Source: Lama guanicoe (taxonomy: Eukaryota). From it: a DNA stretch of 29,965 bases. The stretch covers positions 16,856,373 through 16,886,337 of the forward strand of contig MU053881.1 in assembly GCA_013239625.1 (NCBI GenBank), in the 5' to 3' direction. The notes under the pieces are model-generated. The model worked only from the letters and a program-made list of their open reading frames with translations. It ran no database searches and was not told the origin of the DNA. Below are positions 1-11,159 of this stretch, in pieces; the stretch's first letter is position 1; each line of letters opens with the position of its first letter. The position numbers and the translations under genes were made by a program.

Positions 1-149
1 AACCCAAATGTCAACACTGACAAGGTTGAGAAAACTTATTCTAAATAAACTAACATGAATATCACTCCAAAATGATGAGTAAAAAAGCCAAGTTGCAGAA
101 AGGTACCTACAGAATAATCAAATTGTGTAAAATCACGTGGTATGAAAAG

Positions 150-760
150 CAGCCTGGTGGTTCATCAAAAAATTGAATATAGAATTACTATATGACTAAG
201 GACTTTCCTGGGAATGTACCCCAAAGGAATTAAAAGAATTCAAAAAAAATTCCTTGTACACAGATATCCATGGCAACACTACTTACGTAGCCAGAAGGTG
301 GAAATAACCCAAATGCCCGTCAGTGGGCGAACAAGTAAACAAAACATGGTCCAGCCATAAAATGACATATTAACTCAGTTATTAAAAAGAATGAAGCACT
401 GATACATGCTATCTGACAGGCGAATCTCAAAAATACTATGCTGAGTGAAAAAAGCCAGACCTCATAGGCTACAAATTGTATGATTCCATTTATATGGGAT
501 GTCCAGATCAGGCAAACCCTCAGGGGCAAAAAGCAGATTAGTGATTGCCAGGGGCTGAGGGAGGAAGACTGCTAATGGGATGGCATCTCCCATTTTTAGG
601 GGGTGATGAAAATGTTCTAGAACTAGGAAGAGACGGTGGTTGAATAACATTGTGAATGTGCTAAATGCCACTGAATTGTTCACTTTAAAGTGGTTAATTT
701 TAAGTTATGTGAATTTCACCTAAAAATAAAACAAAACAAGCAAGCCAAAAGCACAACAAA
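150..760 (+). mobile_element. L1 (L1MB-like) 3' end
   Basis: Typical L1 3' text (gaattactatatgac, tggaaataacccaaatgccc, atgctgagtgaaaaaagccag, gttgaataacattgtgaatgtgctaaatgccactgaattg) with an A-rich tail. Confidence 0.8.
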
Positions 761-1119
761 GCTCTATAGCAGTATCTTATTGATGTATTTGTGTCTGTTC
801 ACTTCCTCCTGCATGCAAAGTTCTGCAAGGATGCCCATCAAATTCACCATCGTGATCCCATAGCTGGCCATTGCATGACTTTTAGCCTTATTTGTAGCAT
901 CTCAATGATTTAATAGGAAGAAACATATTTATGTACTGATGTAAAAAATTTTTAAACACATGTAATTGGACAAATGATCCGATCAGGGAAGAAAGGAGAT
1001 GGAGAGGCATGTGGGGCAGCCTCCTCAGCCCCAGCAGGCAATGGCAGGACTGCTTTCCTGCCGAAGTCAGGAACCAGGGCCTCAAATGCCAAATTTGTGA
1101 AGCATTAAATTCTGCTCAA

Positions 1120-1481
1120 GCCCCTGAGAAGCCCAGGTAATTGACTCACCCCTGGCAGGCAGGGAGGGAGGGAAGGAAAGTGAGAAAGTATCCCTGAGGT
1201 GTCCAACAACTTGCAGGGTCCCCAGGGGTCCCAGCATCCTTGTAGCAGAGGGAAGATGCAGAGGCAGTGGGACCACAGCAAGAGAAGGCAGCAGGCAGGG
1301 AGCAGAGGCAACATAAATAATGATGGTGAGGTTCAGGTAGCCCTTCCCCCTCTACCCTGCTGGCAAACTCAGGGTGGCAGGCTCCTTGTCTTGCAGCTGT
1401 CACCTGCAAGGAAACATCAAACCAGGACCTCCAACTGGAGTGAGGCAGAAGCAGGTGCAGAGCCTGGAGCCCCAGGTGAGT
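1120..1481 (+). promoter_or_regulatory. Candidate promoter and 5' exon(s) of the OR10H1-like gene
   Basis: Non-repeat GC-rich island with homeodomain core TAATTG (1138-1143), O/E-like TCCCCAGGGG (1219-1228) and a consensus donor CAG|GTGAGT (1475/1476). Confidence 0.4.
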
Positions 1482-2045
1482 CATTTCTCCTCCCTCCCAC
1501 TTGACCAGGAGAGACCTGGGGAACATGCATCTGCTACAGACTCAGAAAAGCCACTCTGTCTATATAACTCCTTGGGCAATTCGAGTCTACGGGATGGGAG
1601 CAGAAGGCAGGGCTCCACTTCCTATTTTCAAGGTGACGGGATGATTGCTTCTCAGGACAGGTGAAGAAACTGAGGTGCAGAGAGGGGAGCTACTGCTTTC
1701 AGTTACCCAGAACATCTGCTGGCGTTTTAACTTCTCTCCCCTCTCCATCCTGGCCAAAAAAACAGAGGTAAAAGGATTGAGGGGAGGCAGAGAAAAGAGA
1801 CAAGAGGATTTAGGACTGAGAGTCTCCAGTCACCCACCAAGGGTGTAATGTATCCGGGGGCACCAGGGCGGACAGGTGCGGTGACAGTAAGGAGTTAGGG
1901 ATGAAAATGGGGAGAGAAAAGGGAGGCAAGGGTGGCAGAGATGGGAGGGAGGATGCAGAAGGGCATCCTAAAGAACTTCACTGAGAAGAGAGAGCCAGGA
2001 TGGGGGCAGATGGGTAAGGCAAGATGGAGACAACACAGACCTCGC

Positions 2046-2252
2046 TTGTGGTTCTTAACCAGGGGCAGTTCTGCTCCCTAGGGGACATGAGACAGTACGT
2101 GAGGATACTTTTGATTGTCACAATTGGGAGAAGCTACCTGCACGTAGTGGGCGACAAGAATGCTGCTCAACACATTATAATGCACAGGACAGCCCACAAC
2201 CACAAAAATTATCAGCCCCCAAAGTCCCTAAGGCTGAGGTTGGAAAACCCTG
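2046..2252 (+). mobile_element. MER20-like hAT-Charlie DNA transposon fossil
   Basis: gtggttcttaaccaggggcag...aatgcacaggacagccc...gctgaggttggaaaaccctg matches the recalled MER20 consensus over ~205 bp. Confidence 0.75.
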
Positions 2253-2486
2253 CTGCAGGGGTATACGAGAACAAGATCTGTCCACAGGTGGCCTTGGCCC
2301 CTGTGTTCCTTGGTGGAGAGCTGGCCCGCTGTGGATTCCTCTAAGTGTCAGACGGCCAGATTGCACTCTCTCTGGGGCTGTTCAAATGCTTGCAGAGGAA
2401 CCCACTAGGTATTCTGGTGGACCAGTGCCAGGTTTCAGTCCATTTCATCCAAACCCACACCCTCCATGGTCCTAAGGCTCTTTGTT

Positions 2487-2898
2487 TACTTTAAAAAATT
2501 GACAGACTTTACTTTTCAGAGCTTTAGGTTTACTGAAAATTGAGCAGATAACGCAGAGGATTTCCACATATCCTCTCCCTCCCCGACCACAGCTTCCCCT
2601 GTTATTAACCTTCTGCGTTCCAGAGGTAACTGTGTTACAGTTACTGGACTTATATTGACATGTTCTTATTAACCACAGCCCACAGTTTACATGAGGGCTC
2701 ACTTTTAGTCCGTACATCCTATGAATTTTGACAAACGCACAATGTCATGTAGCCACCATTATAGTATCACACAGAATTGTTTCCACCCCTTAAAAAACCC
2801 CGAGTTCCACCTATTCATCTTTCCCTCTCTCTCCTCCCGAGGTCCTGACAACCACCAATCTTTTTACTGACTTTACAGTTTTGCCTTTTTCCAGAATG
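2487..2898 (-). mobile_element. L1 (L1MC-like) 3' fragment
   Basis: Antisense L1 3' UTR text (aaattgagcagataacgcagaggatttcc, tttgacaaacgcacaatgtcatg, acagttttgccttttccagaatg-like). Confidence 0.7.
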
Positions 2899-3164
2899 AA
2901 CAGACACCAGTCTTAGCTGCCTTCTGCATCCCTGTCATCCCAGAAGATGGATACGCAGCCCTGGACCACCTCCCCCAGACATGGTGAGCTCTTATGTCCT
3001 CACAGTGCCTCTCTCTTTCTTTATTCATGGCTGTGGAGTTTTGTGCTCTTAATTAATACAGGGAGGGAGTGTGTGGATGGTCTGGTATGGTGAAGCTAAC
3101 AGCTCTTTGGTCCTGGGAGTGGCTCTGACATTCATTAACAGCCACCAGTAAGTGGTGAGTGTAA

Positions 3165-3390
3165 CAGAGAGGTTAGGAAAAGGTAGGCTTTTGGGTCATT
3201 CAGGTGCAGGTTCAGATCCTGGCTCCCCCACTCAGAAGCCATGGTCCTTTGGGCAAGTAATGTGTCCTGTGTGGGATGCAGCTGCCACTTCTATAAAACA
3301 GGGCTCAGAGTAGTGCCTCACAATATTGGGGTAAATACTTAATAGGAAACATATGAGCACAGGTGCCATGTCCAATAGAGGGTAGCCGTT
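3165..3390 (+). mobile_element. MIR SINE fragment
   Basis: ggttcagatcctggctccc...tgggcaagtaa...ctataaaacaggg MIR core-like sequence. Confidence 0.5.
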
Positions 3391-4007
3391 CTCATCAAGG
3401 ACTCAAAATCCAGTGCCAGAGATAGTTGAATCTCCAACATGACACATTATTATATTGGTCATGAAAATGTTAAGATGCTAGGACCTCCAAACTCACTCAG
3501 AAGTTTGGAAGAACACAGGAATGAGTAACTAAATCTATTTGGGGAAGAGATGTCCAGAAAGGCTGCACTGTGCAGGTGACATTTAAATTGAGTCTCAAAG
3601 ATGAACAGGTGTTTGCCAGTTGGAGAAGGGGAAGAACTGAGATCCTGTCAGACAGAGCATGCTGACTGTACTCTCTAGATCATGTCTCACCCATTCAGTC
3701 TTTTCTTGGAGGTTCTTGTTTCTACATCATTGACTTTGACTCACCCTCTGCAATATCTCAGAGTATCTGGACTGAGTGGGGCTTTTGGAGCTACCACCCT
3801 GGAAACCGAGGTCAGGTACTGACCCAGAAGTGAGTGAAAGAAACAAGGGACTCCAAAGGAGGGAGGCCAAGGAACTCTGGAAATTGATGACATTTGGGGA
3901 AAACAGCTTCCAGTCACCAAACGTCTGATTGTGTCTTGTGCTCAAACTGTCAGGGCTTGATCAAGGTCAAGAGTGCACTTAATAGGGTTTTCATTACATT
4001 TTCCTAT

Positions 4008-4222
4008 TGTTTTTTACTGTGGTAAAATACACAGAACATAAAATTGACTATTTTCTCCTTCTTATAACAATTCAGTGGCATTAAATACATTCAATGTTCT
4101 GCAACCACCACTTCCACCTAGTTCCAGAACCTTCTCAGAACGTCTAAAGGAAACCCAACACCTATTAGCAGTCACTCCCTGTCTCCCCTTCCCCCAGTCC
4201 CTGGAAACCGCTGCTATGCTTT
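4008..4222 (-). mobile_element. L1 (L1MB-like) 3' end, antisense
   Basis: tttttactgtggtaaaatacacagaacataaaatt...attcagtggcattaaatacattc...cagtcactccc. Confidence 0.7.
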
Positions 4223-4227
4223 AAACT

Positions 4228-4500
4228 CCTGCATGAATGTTCATAGCAGTGCGATTCACAAGAGTGAAAAATGCAAACAACCTCAATGTCTATTAGGGGG
4301 TGAACGGATAAAGAACATGTGGTCTATCCATAAAGGAACATTGATTGGCTGTGAAAAGGAATGACGTTCTCATGCACACTATGACATGGAAGAGCCTCAA
4401 AAACATCATGTTGAGTGAAAGAAGCCAGACCTCAAAGGCCACAGATTAGTGGTTTACTGTCTTTAAAAATTACCTAATAAAAATCACTTAAAAACAGTTA
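4228..4500 (+). mobile_element. L1 (L1M) 3' fragment
   Basis: gaatgttcatagcag...aacaacctcaatgtc...catcatgttgagtgaaagaagccagac. Confidence 0.7.
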
Positions 4501-4624
4501 TTTATAAAGAAAGATTGAAATGTTATTAAATGGAAGTGATTGACTGAGCACAGACCATGTGCATCTGCTCACTTAGTGTATTGATTTCATTATCACAGGC
4601 CGCGCCTGCTGTTTTCCAGGTCAC

Positions 4625-4800
4625 AGTCCCAGAATAGTTCATTTAGTTCCCACAACAGTTCTCTGAGGGAGGTAGAGAGAAATGGAGGTGCAGAGAGGTG
4701 AAGAAACTGGCTCAGGTTTGCACAGTGGGCAGAGCAGGGATTTGCACCCAGTGGACTGACTCCCATATCCCTTGGTCTGAAGGCTATGTTGCATTGCCTC
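4625..4800 (-). mobile_element. MIR SINE fragment
   Basis: gaggtgcagagaggtgaag...gctcaggtttgcacag...gagcagggatttgcacccag. Confidence 0.6.
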
Positions 4801-5104
4801 AGGAGGGGCAGCTGGGCCTCATGGGAGCTGGAAAACAACCAGAACATTATCTCTATACAGCGTCCTTCCTTTAATTTCTTGCATGGATGACTCTAGAGGA
4901 AGAATCTGCTTGATTCATATGAAGTTAGAGGTGCACACTACAAAGTGTTGTAGACCCCAGGTAGGGATGTCTTGCGGTATCTGAAGCTCTGGGAGGATCA
5001 GAATTTATCAGAAGGGAGGAGAAGAGCAGAGTAGCAACAGCTGGAAATTCAGTGAAGGAACATTTTCATGTTTGGAAGCAAAATCCCTAAGAGGATAGAA
5101 GGGT

Positions 5105-5330
5105 AGAGTCTTTGGGGACAGCCAGCCATGGGGTCAGGTTTTGGATCTGCCATTTTGACAGCTTCATCTTAAACAAGCTGCTTAGCCTCTCTGTACCCCA
5201 ATATTCTTAATAAGTATTCTAAAAATACTCAAAACAAGGTGAAAAAAACAGCACCTCCCCCACTATATTGATGAGAGGATTAAATCATAGGAGGCACAGA
5301 GTAAGAACTCAACTGATGTTACCTGTCATT
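5105..5330 (+). mobile_element. MIR SINE fragment
   Basis: aacaagctgcttagcctctctgtacccca...gagaggattaaat. Similar MIR-like sequence precedes the acceptors of copies 1 and 2 (~9800-10000, ~17310-17530). Confidence 0.5.
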
Positions 5331-5438
5331 TACCAGGAATAGCCCCTTGGGCAGGGCCAGCAGTGGTGGAAGCTGATGGCTGTCCTCCAGCCAGGAGTTG
5401 ACCACTCCATGTCACACCTCACTTCAGGCACAGCCTCC

Positions 5439-6386
5439 ATGCAGGGAGCCAACCTCTCAGCAGTGACTGAATTCATCCTCATCGGCTTCTCCACCTTCCC
5501 CCACCTCCAGCTGATGTTCTTCCTGCTCTTCCTGCTCATGTACCTGTTCACGCTGCTGGGCAACCTGCTCATCATGGCCACCATCTGGAGCGAGCGCAGC
5601 CTCCACACCCCCATGTACCTCTTCCTCTGCGCCCTCTCCATCTCTGAGGTCTTCTACACCTTCACCATCATCCCACGCATGCTGGCCGACCTGCTCTCCA
5701 CCCACCGCTCCATTTCCATCACTGCTTGTGCCAGCCAGATGTTCTTCTCTTTCATGTTTGGCTTCACCCACTCCTTCCTGCTCACCATCATGGGCTATGA
5801 CCGCTACGTGGCCATCTGCCACCCCCTGCGCTACAACGTGCTCACGAGTCCCCGTGGCTGTGCCTGTCTGGTGGCCTGGTCCTGGGTTGGAGGCTCAGTC
5901 ATGGGGCTGGTGGTGACATCAGCCATTTTCCAGCTCACCTTCTGTGGCTCTAATGTGATCCATTATTTTGGCTGCCACGTGCTACCTCTCCTGAAGTTGG
6001 CCTGTGGGGGCAATGTCTACACAGTGGCCATGGGCGTGGACCTAGTGTGTATCACGGCCTTGCTGGGATGCTGTCTCCTCATCCTCCTCTCTTACGCCTT
6101 CATTGTGGCCACCATCTTGAGGATCCCCTCTGCTGAGGGCCGGCACAAGGCCTTCTCCACCTGTGCGTCCCACCTCACCGTGGTGGTTGTGCACTATGGC
6201 TTCGCCTCCGTCATCTACCTCAAACCCAAGATTCCCCAGTCTCTGGAAGGAGACACGCTGATGGGCATCACCTACACGGTCCTCACTCCCTTCCTCAGCC
6301 CCATCATCTTCAGTCTCAGGAACAAGGAGCTGACGAATGCCATGAGGAAGACCTTCCTCAACAAGCTCTACCCAGAAAAAATGTGA
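5439..6386 (+). CDS. OR10H1: Olfactory receptor, OR10H1/H2/H5-like, 315 aa (MQGANLS...KLYPEKM)
   Basis: Intact ORF with OR motifs GNLLI, LHTPMYLFL, MGYDRYVAICHPLRY, KAFSTCASHL, PFLSPIIFSLRNKE and an N-terminal NLS sequon. Resembles OR10H1 as recalled. ATG 5439 lies 11 nt after a candidate acceptor (cacctcacttcAG, 5426-5427). The ORF track start at 5376 is probably intronic. Confidence 0.93.
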   Translation: MQGANLSAVTEFILIGFSTFPHLQLMFFLLFLLMYLFTLLGNLLIMATIWSERSLHTPMYLFLCALSISEVFYTFTIIPRMLADLLSTHRSISITACASQMFFSFMFGFTHSFLLTIMGYDRYVAICHPLRYNVLTSPRGCACLVAWSWVGGSVMGLVVTSAIFQLTFCGSNVIHYFGCHVLPLLKLACGGNVYTVAMGVDLVCITALLGCCLLILLSYAFIVATILRIPSAEGRHKAFSTCASHLTVVVVHYGFASVIYLKPKIPQSLEGDTLMGITYTVLTPFLSPIIFSLRNKELTNAMRKTFLNKLYPEKM

Positions 6387-7189
6387 TTACTGGGAGGAAT
6401 CCCTTGGACGTAGCTAAACTGGGTTACCAGATGCTACCATTAAAGATGGCCCCCTGTAAACATGTAATACCATACCTGTCTGATGCTTTAAGGCTTATAA
6501 GGACCCTTGTCTGCAACATCCAAAGGTGCCCACAATGGTTAAGCAGCATCATGTCTGTACTCAGGGTGGAAAGCTGTATGAGGTGATCAATCACTCAGAG
6601 AAAATACGATTCGATGATTCCTATCTGTTGCAGGACACTTTGTCAGGTAGCTGTAAAGCCAGAATCTGTTCTTCTTCTGCCAGATGCAGGGGTGGTGTGA
6701 TTCCTCCCATCCCAAAAACCCACACTTCAAAGAGAAATGGAACACACCAGACCTTCCCCCTGTGCTAGGCAGCACCAGGTAGCTACAACACAGATTTGGC
6801 AAGGCTGCAGGAGACTAACCCAGGTTACAGGGGAGGAGAGCAAAGCACCATAAACCCTAGCATTGCTCATCTCTGTAATAATCAGCCTCAGAAAAAGTTG
6901 AGAAAACCTCCACATTTTCAGTGTGAATCTTGAGCAGCTGCAGAGAGACAGGGAAGTCGCTATACTTAGGTCAAGGAAAGAAGTCCCACCTTGGAAATGG
7001 CCTGCTGTGTCAGACTGACTTGGCTCATGGGCCAGTGGTGAATTCTTTGGTCTCACTAATGAGTGCAGAATCCAGAATGAAGGTGTATCCCATGGTCACA
7101 CTGATTCAATGTTCCCCCTTGGTACGAGGGGGGATTTAAGGTTCATCACACTTCATAGTGCTTATAATCTTTTGAAAATACATGTACTC

Positions 7190-7625
7190 GAGACAATGAC
7201 AAATATGGTGTGATATCCCTTAAAAGTGGGATCAAAGAAAGATAAACTCATAAAAACAGATTGCAATGGTTGTTGCCAGAGACTGAGGGGTGGGGGAACT
7301 GGGGAGATTTTTTTTTAAGGGCACAAACTTTTAACCAGTAGATCAACCAGTAGATGAGTAGACCTGGAGTTCTGATGCACAGCCTATAGACAATAACAGT
7401 ATGTTATAAACTTCAGAGTTGCTAAGAGACTAGATCTTAATTGTTCTGACTACAAGAAAGATGTGATGGTTATGTGACATGATAGAGGTGTTGCTAATAC
7501 TAACTGTTAGCTAACACTGTAGTGGTCATCAAACTGCAAATTATAAATGTATCACATCAGCATTTTATATATATTAAAGTTACACATTGGTATATGTCAG
7601 TTATAACTCAATTAAAAAGTTTTCT
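7190..7625 (+). mobile_element. L1 (L1MA-like) 3' end
   Basis: gacaaatatggtgtgat, aatggttgttgccagagactgagggg, gttgctaagagactagatcttaa, tatatgtcagttataactcaattaaaa. Confidence 0.75.
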
Positions 7626-8411
7626 TGACAAATGTATATTGTTTCAGAATGTGGATTCATCCATTTATTTTAAAATAGCAATTTATAAAATTTACTGGAC
7701 ACTAGTTGATGGTAGTACTGTTGTATACAACAATGAACATAATTAAAACACACAAGCAATAAATTAACCACACTAACTCTTTCACAGTGAGCCACAGTAA
7801 TGAGAAAGTAACACTTTACATAATGTTATGTGTAGGAGATGGGGAAAGGGATTTGCAATCAGCTAGACACACCCTTTAAGCATGCTTTTTGTTCTTACTT
7901 AAGCGATGATCCCTCTTCATTTTTCTCTCCCTCTCCTGTCTCTCTCTTTCTCGCTATCTTTTCTTTCTCTCACTCACTCTCTATTTCACTCCCTCACCCT
8001 CTCCAGCCCCATTTCTAACTCCCTTACATTTCTTCTCTTTCCTCTTCCTCCTATGCAAATAGACCTATTATAGACAGCATCCTTCTACTTTCCTTTCCCA
8101 TATGTTTCCCGATTTCTTACTTTATCCAATTTACTTTACAGATCAATTTTAAGGATTTCTGTCTCACTAGCTCATTATCTTCCAGTCTTTCTCTCTCCAT
8201 TTGCATTCTAACATCCTTCACTCAACTCCACTCAGCATAGAAAACCCCGCTTTGGTTCTATCCCTTCCAGAGGCAGTTAGGAACTGTAAATAATAAACCA
8301 TTATCTTGAAACAAATAATTTTCTTATTTTACATTTATTATAACTAAGATGATAATAATTAAAAAAATCGGACACTGTGTTTCATATATAAAGGTACTCA
8401 GTGTTTTTTTA

Positions 8412-8417
8412 TTTATT
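8412..8417 (-). terminator. Candidate polyadenylation signal of copy 1 (paralogous AATAAA at 15772-15777 and 26434-26439)
   Basis: AATAAA on the - strand 350-390 nt past the stop codon in all three units. The region is AT-rich, so chance occurrence is possible. Confidence 0.35.
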
Positions 8418-8805
8418 GGTATTTATTATTTTTAATGTTTTTCTTTTTATTCTTGTATGGGCAAAGGGAAATAAAATATACTCTTGCTTGTCTATTTGGA
8501 AAGAACCATGGGCATCAGTGCCTAGACACACCCATCTGGGGCACCCCACCTGCCTATAGACAGATAGCAATTCTAAGACACAAATAATAAGATGAAGTTC
8601 ACCACACCAGGTATAAACAAGAGCTCATGATGGTTCAGGTCTATGCAAAAAAGAGATAAACAAGTTGAGGATAAAGAAATAGCTAGTATGCATCAAACTC
8701 CTATGGGGTGTGGATAGATTCACACACCTGAATCTTTACAACAGTTTTGAGACAGATTTATTATCCTAGGCTTTCTTTCAAATTTCTTCATCACCTAACT
8801 GGCCA

Positions 8806-9756
8806 TCAGGAGCTTAGAGGAGAGAATTTTCTGTGGAAATTTCTCTTTATGGCATTCTTCAGCTCCTTATTCCTGAGGCTGAAAATGATCGGGCTAAGAA
8901 AAGGGGTGAAGACTGTATAGGTGGTGGCCATCAGAGTGTTGCTGTCCATGGAATGGGGGCCCTTGGGCTTGAGGTAGATGATGGAGGCAAAGCCGTAGTG
9001 CACGATCACTATGGTGAGATGGGACACACATGTGGAGAAGGTCTTGTGCCGGCCCTCAGCTGAGGGGATCCTCAAGATGGCGGCCACGATGAAGACATAC
9101 GAGAGGACGATGAGGAATAAACACCCCATCAAGGCTGTGACACAAACCAGAATCACAACCATGGTGAGAGCAGATGTTTCCTTCCCACAAGTCAATTTCA
9201 AAAGAGAAAATACATGGCAGAGGAAATGCTGAATCACATTAGAGCCACAGAAGGTGAGATGAAAAACTATCAATGTCAACATCATCCCCATGACTGAGCC
9301 ATCAGCCCAGGACCAGGACACAAGATGAGCACAACCACCAGGGCTCATGAGCTCGTTGTAGCGCAGGGGGTGGCAGATGGCCACATAGTGGTCATAGCCC
9401 ATGCTCATGAGCAGGAAGGAGTGAGTGAAGCCAAACGTGAAGGAGAAGAACTTCTGGCTGGCATAGGCCACGAAGGAGATGGAGCGGTGGACGGAGAGCA
9501 TGTCGACCAGCATTCGAGGGGTGACAGCAACAGTGAACAGAATCTCGGAGATGGAGAGGGCACACAGGAAGAGGTACATGGGTGTGTGGAGGCTGTGCTC
9601 CCTCCAGATAGTGGCCATGATGAGCAGGTTTCCCAGGAGCGTGAACAGGTACATCAGCAGGTACAGCAGGAAGAAGGTAGGCAGGAGATGCTGAGGGAAG
9701 TTGGAGAAGCCAATGAGGATGAATTCAGACATTGTGCTATAGTTCTGACCAGACAA
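8806..9756 (-). CDS. OR10H4: Olfactory receptor OR10H4/OR10H3-like, copy 1 (open frame but damaged key residues; begins at TTG, predicted exon start 9767)
   Basis: 316-codon open frame with OR motifs. First codon is TTG (plus-strand caa 9754-9756); in-frame ATG at codon 9. C98Y, M102K and DRY>DHY relative to the paralogs in this window. Confidence 0.85.
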   Translation of the reverse strand: MSGQNYSTMSEFILIGFSNFPQHLLPTFFLLYLLMYLFTLLGNLLIMATIWREHSLHTPMYLFLCALSISEILFTVAVTPRMLVDMLSVHRSISFVAYASQKFFSFTFGFTHSFLLMSMGYDHYVAICHPLRYNELMSPGGCAHLVSWSWADGSVMGMMLTLIVFHLTFCGSNVIQHFLCHVFSLLKLTCGKETSALTMVVILVCVTALMGCLFLIVLSYVFIVAAILRIPSAEGRHKTFSTCVSHLTIVIVHYGFASIIYLKPKGPHSMDSNTLMATTYTVFTPFLSPIIFSLRNKELKNAIKRNFHRKFSPLSS

Positions 9757-11159
9757 GGATGCTGCATCTGGTGAGATCAGGAACAGAATGAAAGCACAGT
9801 GGTTAAAACAGAGGTTCTAACATAGATTAAACAGCAGTTGAAGAAGTCTATACTATATAACTATTTGCTTAACTTGTCTGAGTCAAAATCTTCATCAGTA
9901 AGATGGATTAAATCATAGCAGTTCCTACCATTCAGCATTGTGATAAAGATAAAGTGAATCAGTATATTAAGTGCTTAAAACATAATTTGACCACTGGGTT
10001 CTTATTAACAGTGTCAAAAATAAAGAAATGCTCTCATTTTTGAAACCACTAAAAACAGACATGCAAAAGCAAGGTCATATGCTATTGAACAGTGTGCCTG
10101 TTATAGAAAATGTATTTGGATCTTGGGGTTAAAAAATTCCTTCAGCGTCCTGTGTTTAAAGTGATTGTTGAACCCATTACATGTATTTTATTGGTACTCA
10201 TTTATGTCATCTTATTTCATATTTGTATTTATTTATAGTAAAGGAACTGAAGAGAAAGTTTCAAAGTAAAAGGATGGACAAATATATGGTAGGCAAATAT
10301 GTACAAAAGGAAGGCTGAAGCAGCAATCTTCAAAACAGAAAAAAATGAGATTGAAAGAAACAACAATTACAATAACTATATTTCCGTATTCCACTAAAAG
10401 GACCAGTGTTCCTGGAGAGATGGTCTGGGCAAGGAGCACGCCTTGTACATCTTGTGCCAGAGTAAAATAAAACTTTCACTGTAAAAGGTTAATGTTAAAA
10501 GAAGGCGGCAACCGGATTGAAAACGTGTCCATTGGCTTAAGCTGATCATCAAAGCAAATGATCGTTGTACGGATGATGGAGGAGAAAAGTAAATGACACC
10601 ACAAGGAAGCAACTAGGCAAATCCAAAGGTGGAACATTCCACAGAACAATTAATTTAGTCTCATCAATGAGCCAACGTCATGAAAAGAATGACCAGAATT
10701 CCGAGCGACATAACAACCGGATGCAATATAGGGTACCAGATTGAATCTTGATTTAGATAAACCAGCTATAAAGTATTGTTAAAGGAATAGAGACAACATT
10801 GTTTATGATATGAATGAATGATGAGGTATGAATAATATTAAGGGGTTCTTATTTATTTAGTTATTAGTTTTATGTGTGATCATGTTATTTTGGCTGGGAA
10901 GGAAAATATTCTTAGTTTAAGTGCATCCCTGAAATGTACAAATCACACGTGTACGTGTGCCAAGGGACAAAGAGGATTATTTCATACAGGTTAGAAGAAC
11001 ATCGTAGTTTCCATCATAAATACAATTAATCGATGTAACAATATACTCTGGCATATTAAGTAACAAGTAATCGGTACAATTCTAGTGAAAGAGATATAAA
11101 ATAAAAATAGTTAATGAATAATAGACAGATTTAAAAGTTTAGCTAGAAATTTAAATACA

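Noticed and set aside
5376..5438. 21-aa in-frame N-terminal extension of the OR10H1-like ORF
   Set aside because: It spans a good splice acceptor at 5427 that is positionally shared with the paralogs, so it is probably intronic. ATG 5439 fits the family N-terminus.
5330..5822. Antisense ORFs over the OR genes (also 9325-9774, 16881-17285, 27355-27756)
   Set aside because: Shadow ORFs expected from the C-ending codon bias of OR CDSs. Their similarity to each other only reflects OR paralogy.
7333..7356. Short direct repeat aaccagtagat x2 (and atcaattaaat x2 near 26088-26111)
   Set aside because: Local slippage duplications, the first inside an L1. There is no array or spacer structure.
9757..9767. 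Idea that the exon-start ATG is the true start displaced by a 1-nt frameshift
   Set aside because: The 11-nt acceptor-to-start spacing is identical in all three copies and in the OR10H1-like paralog, so TTG is the homologous position.
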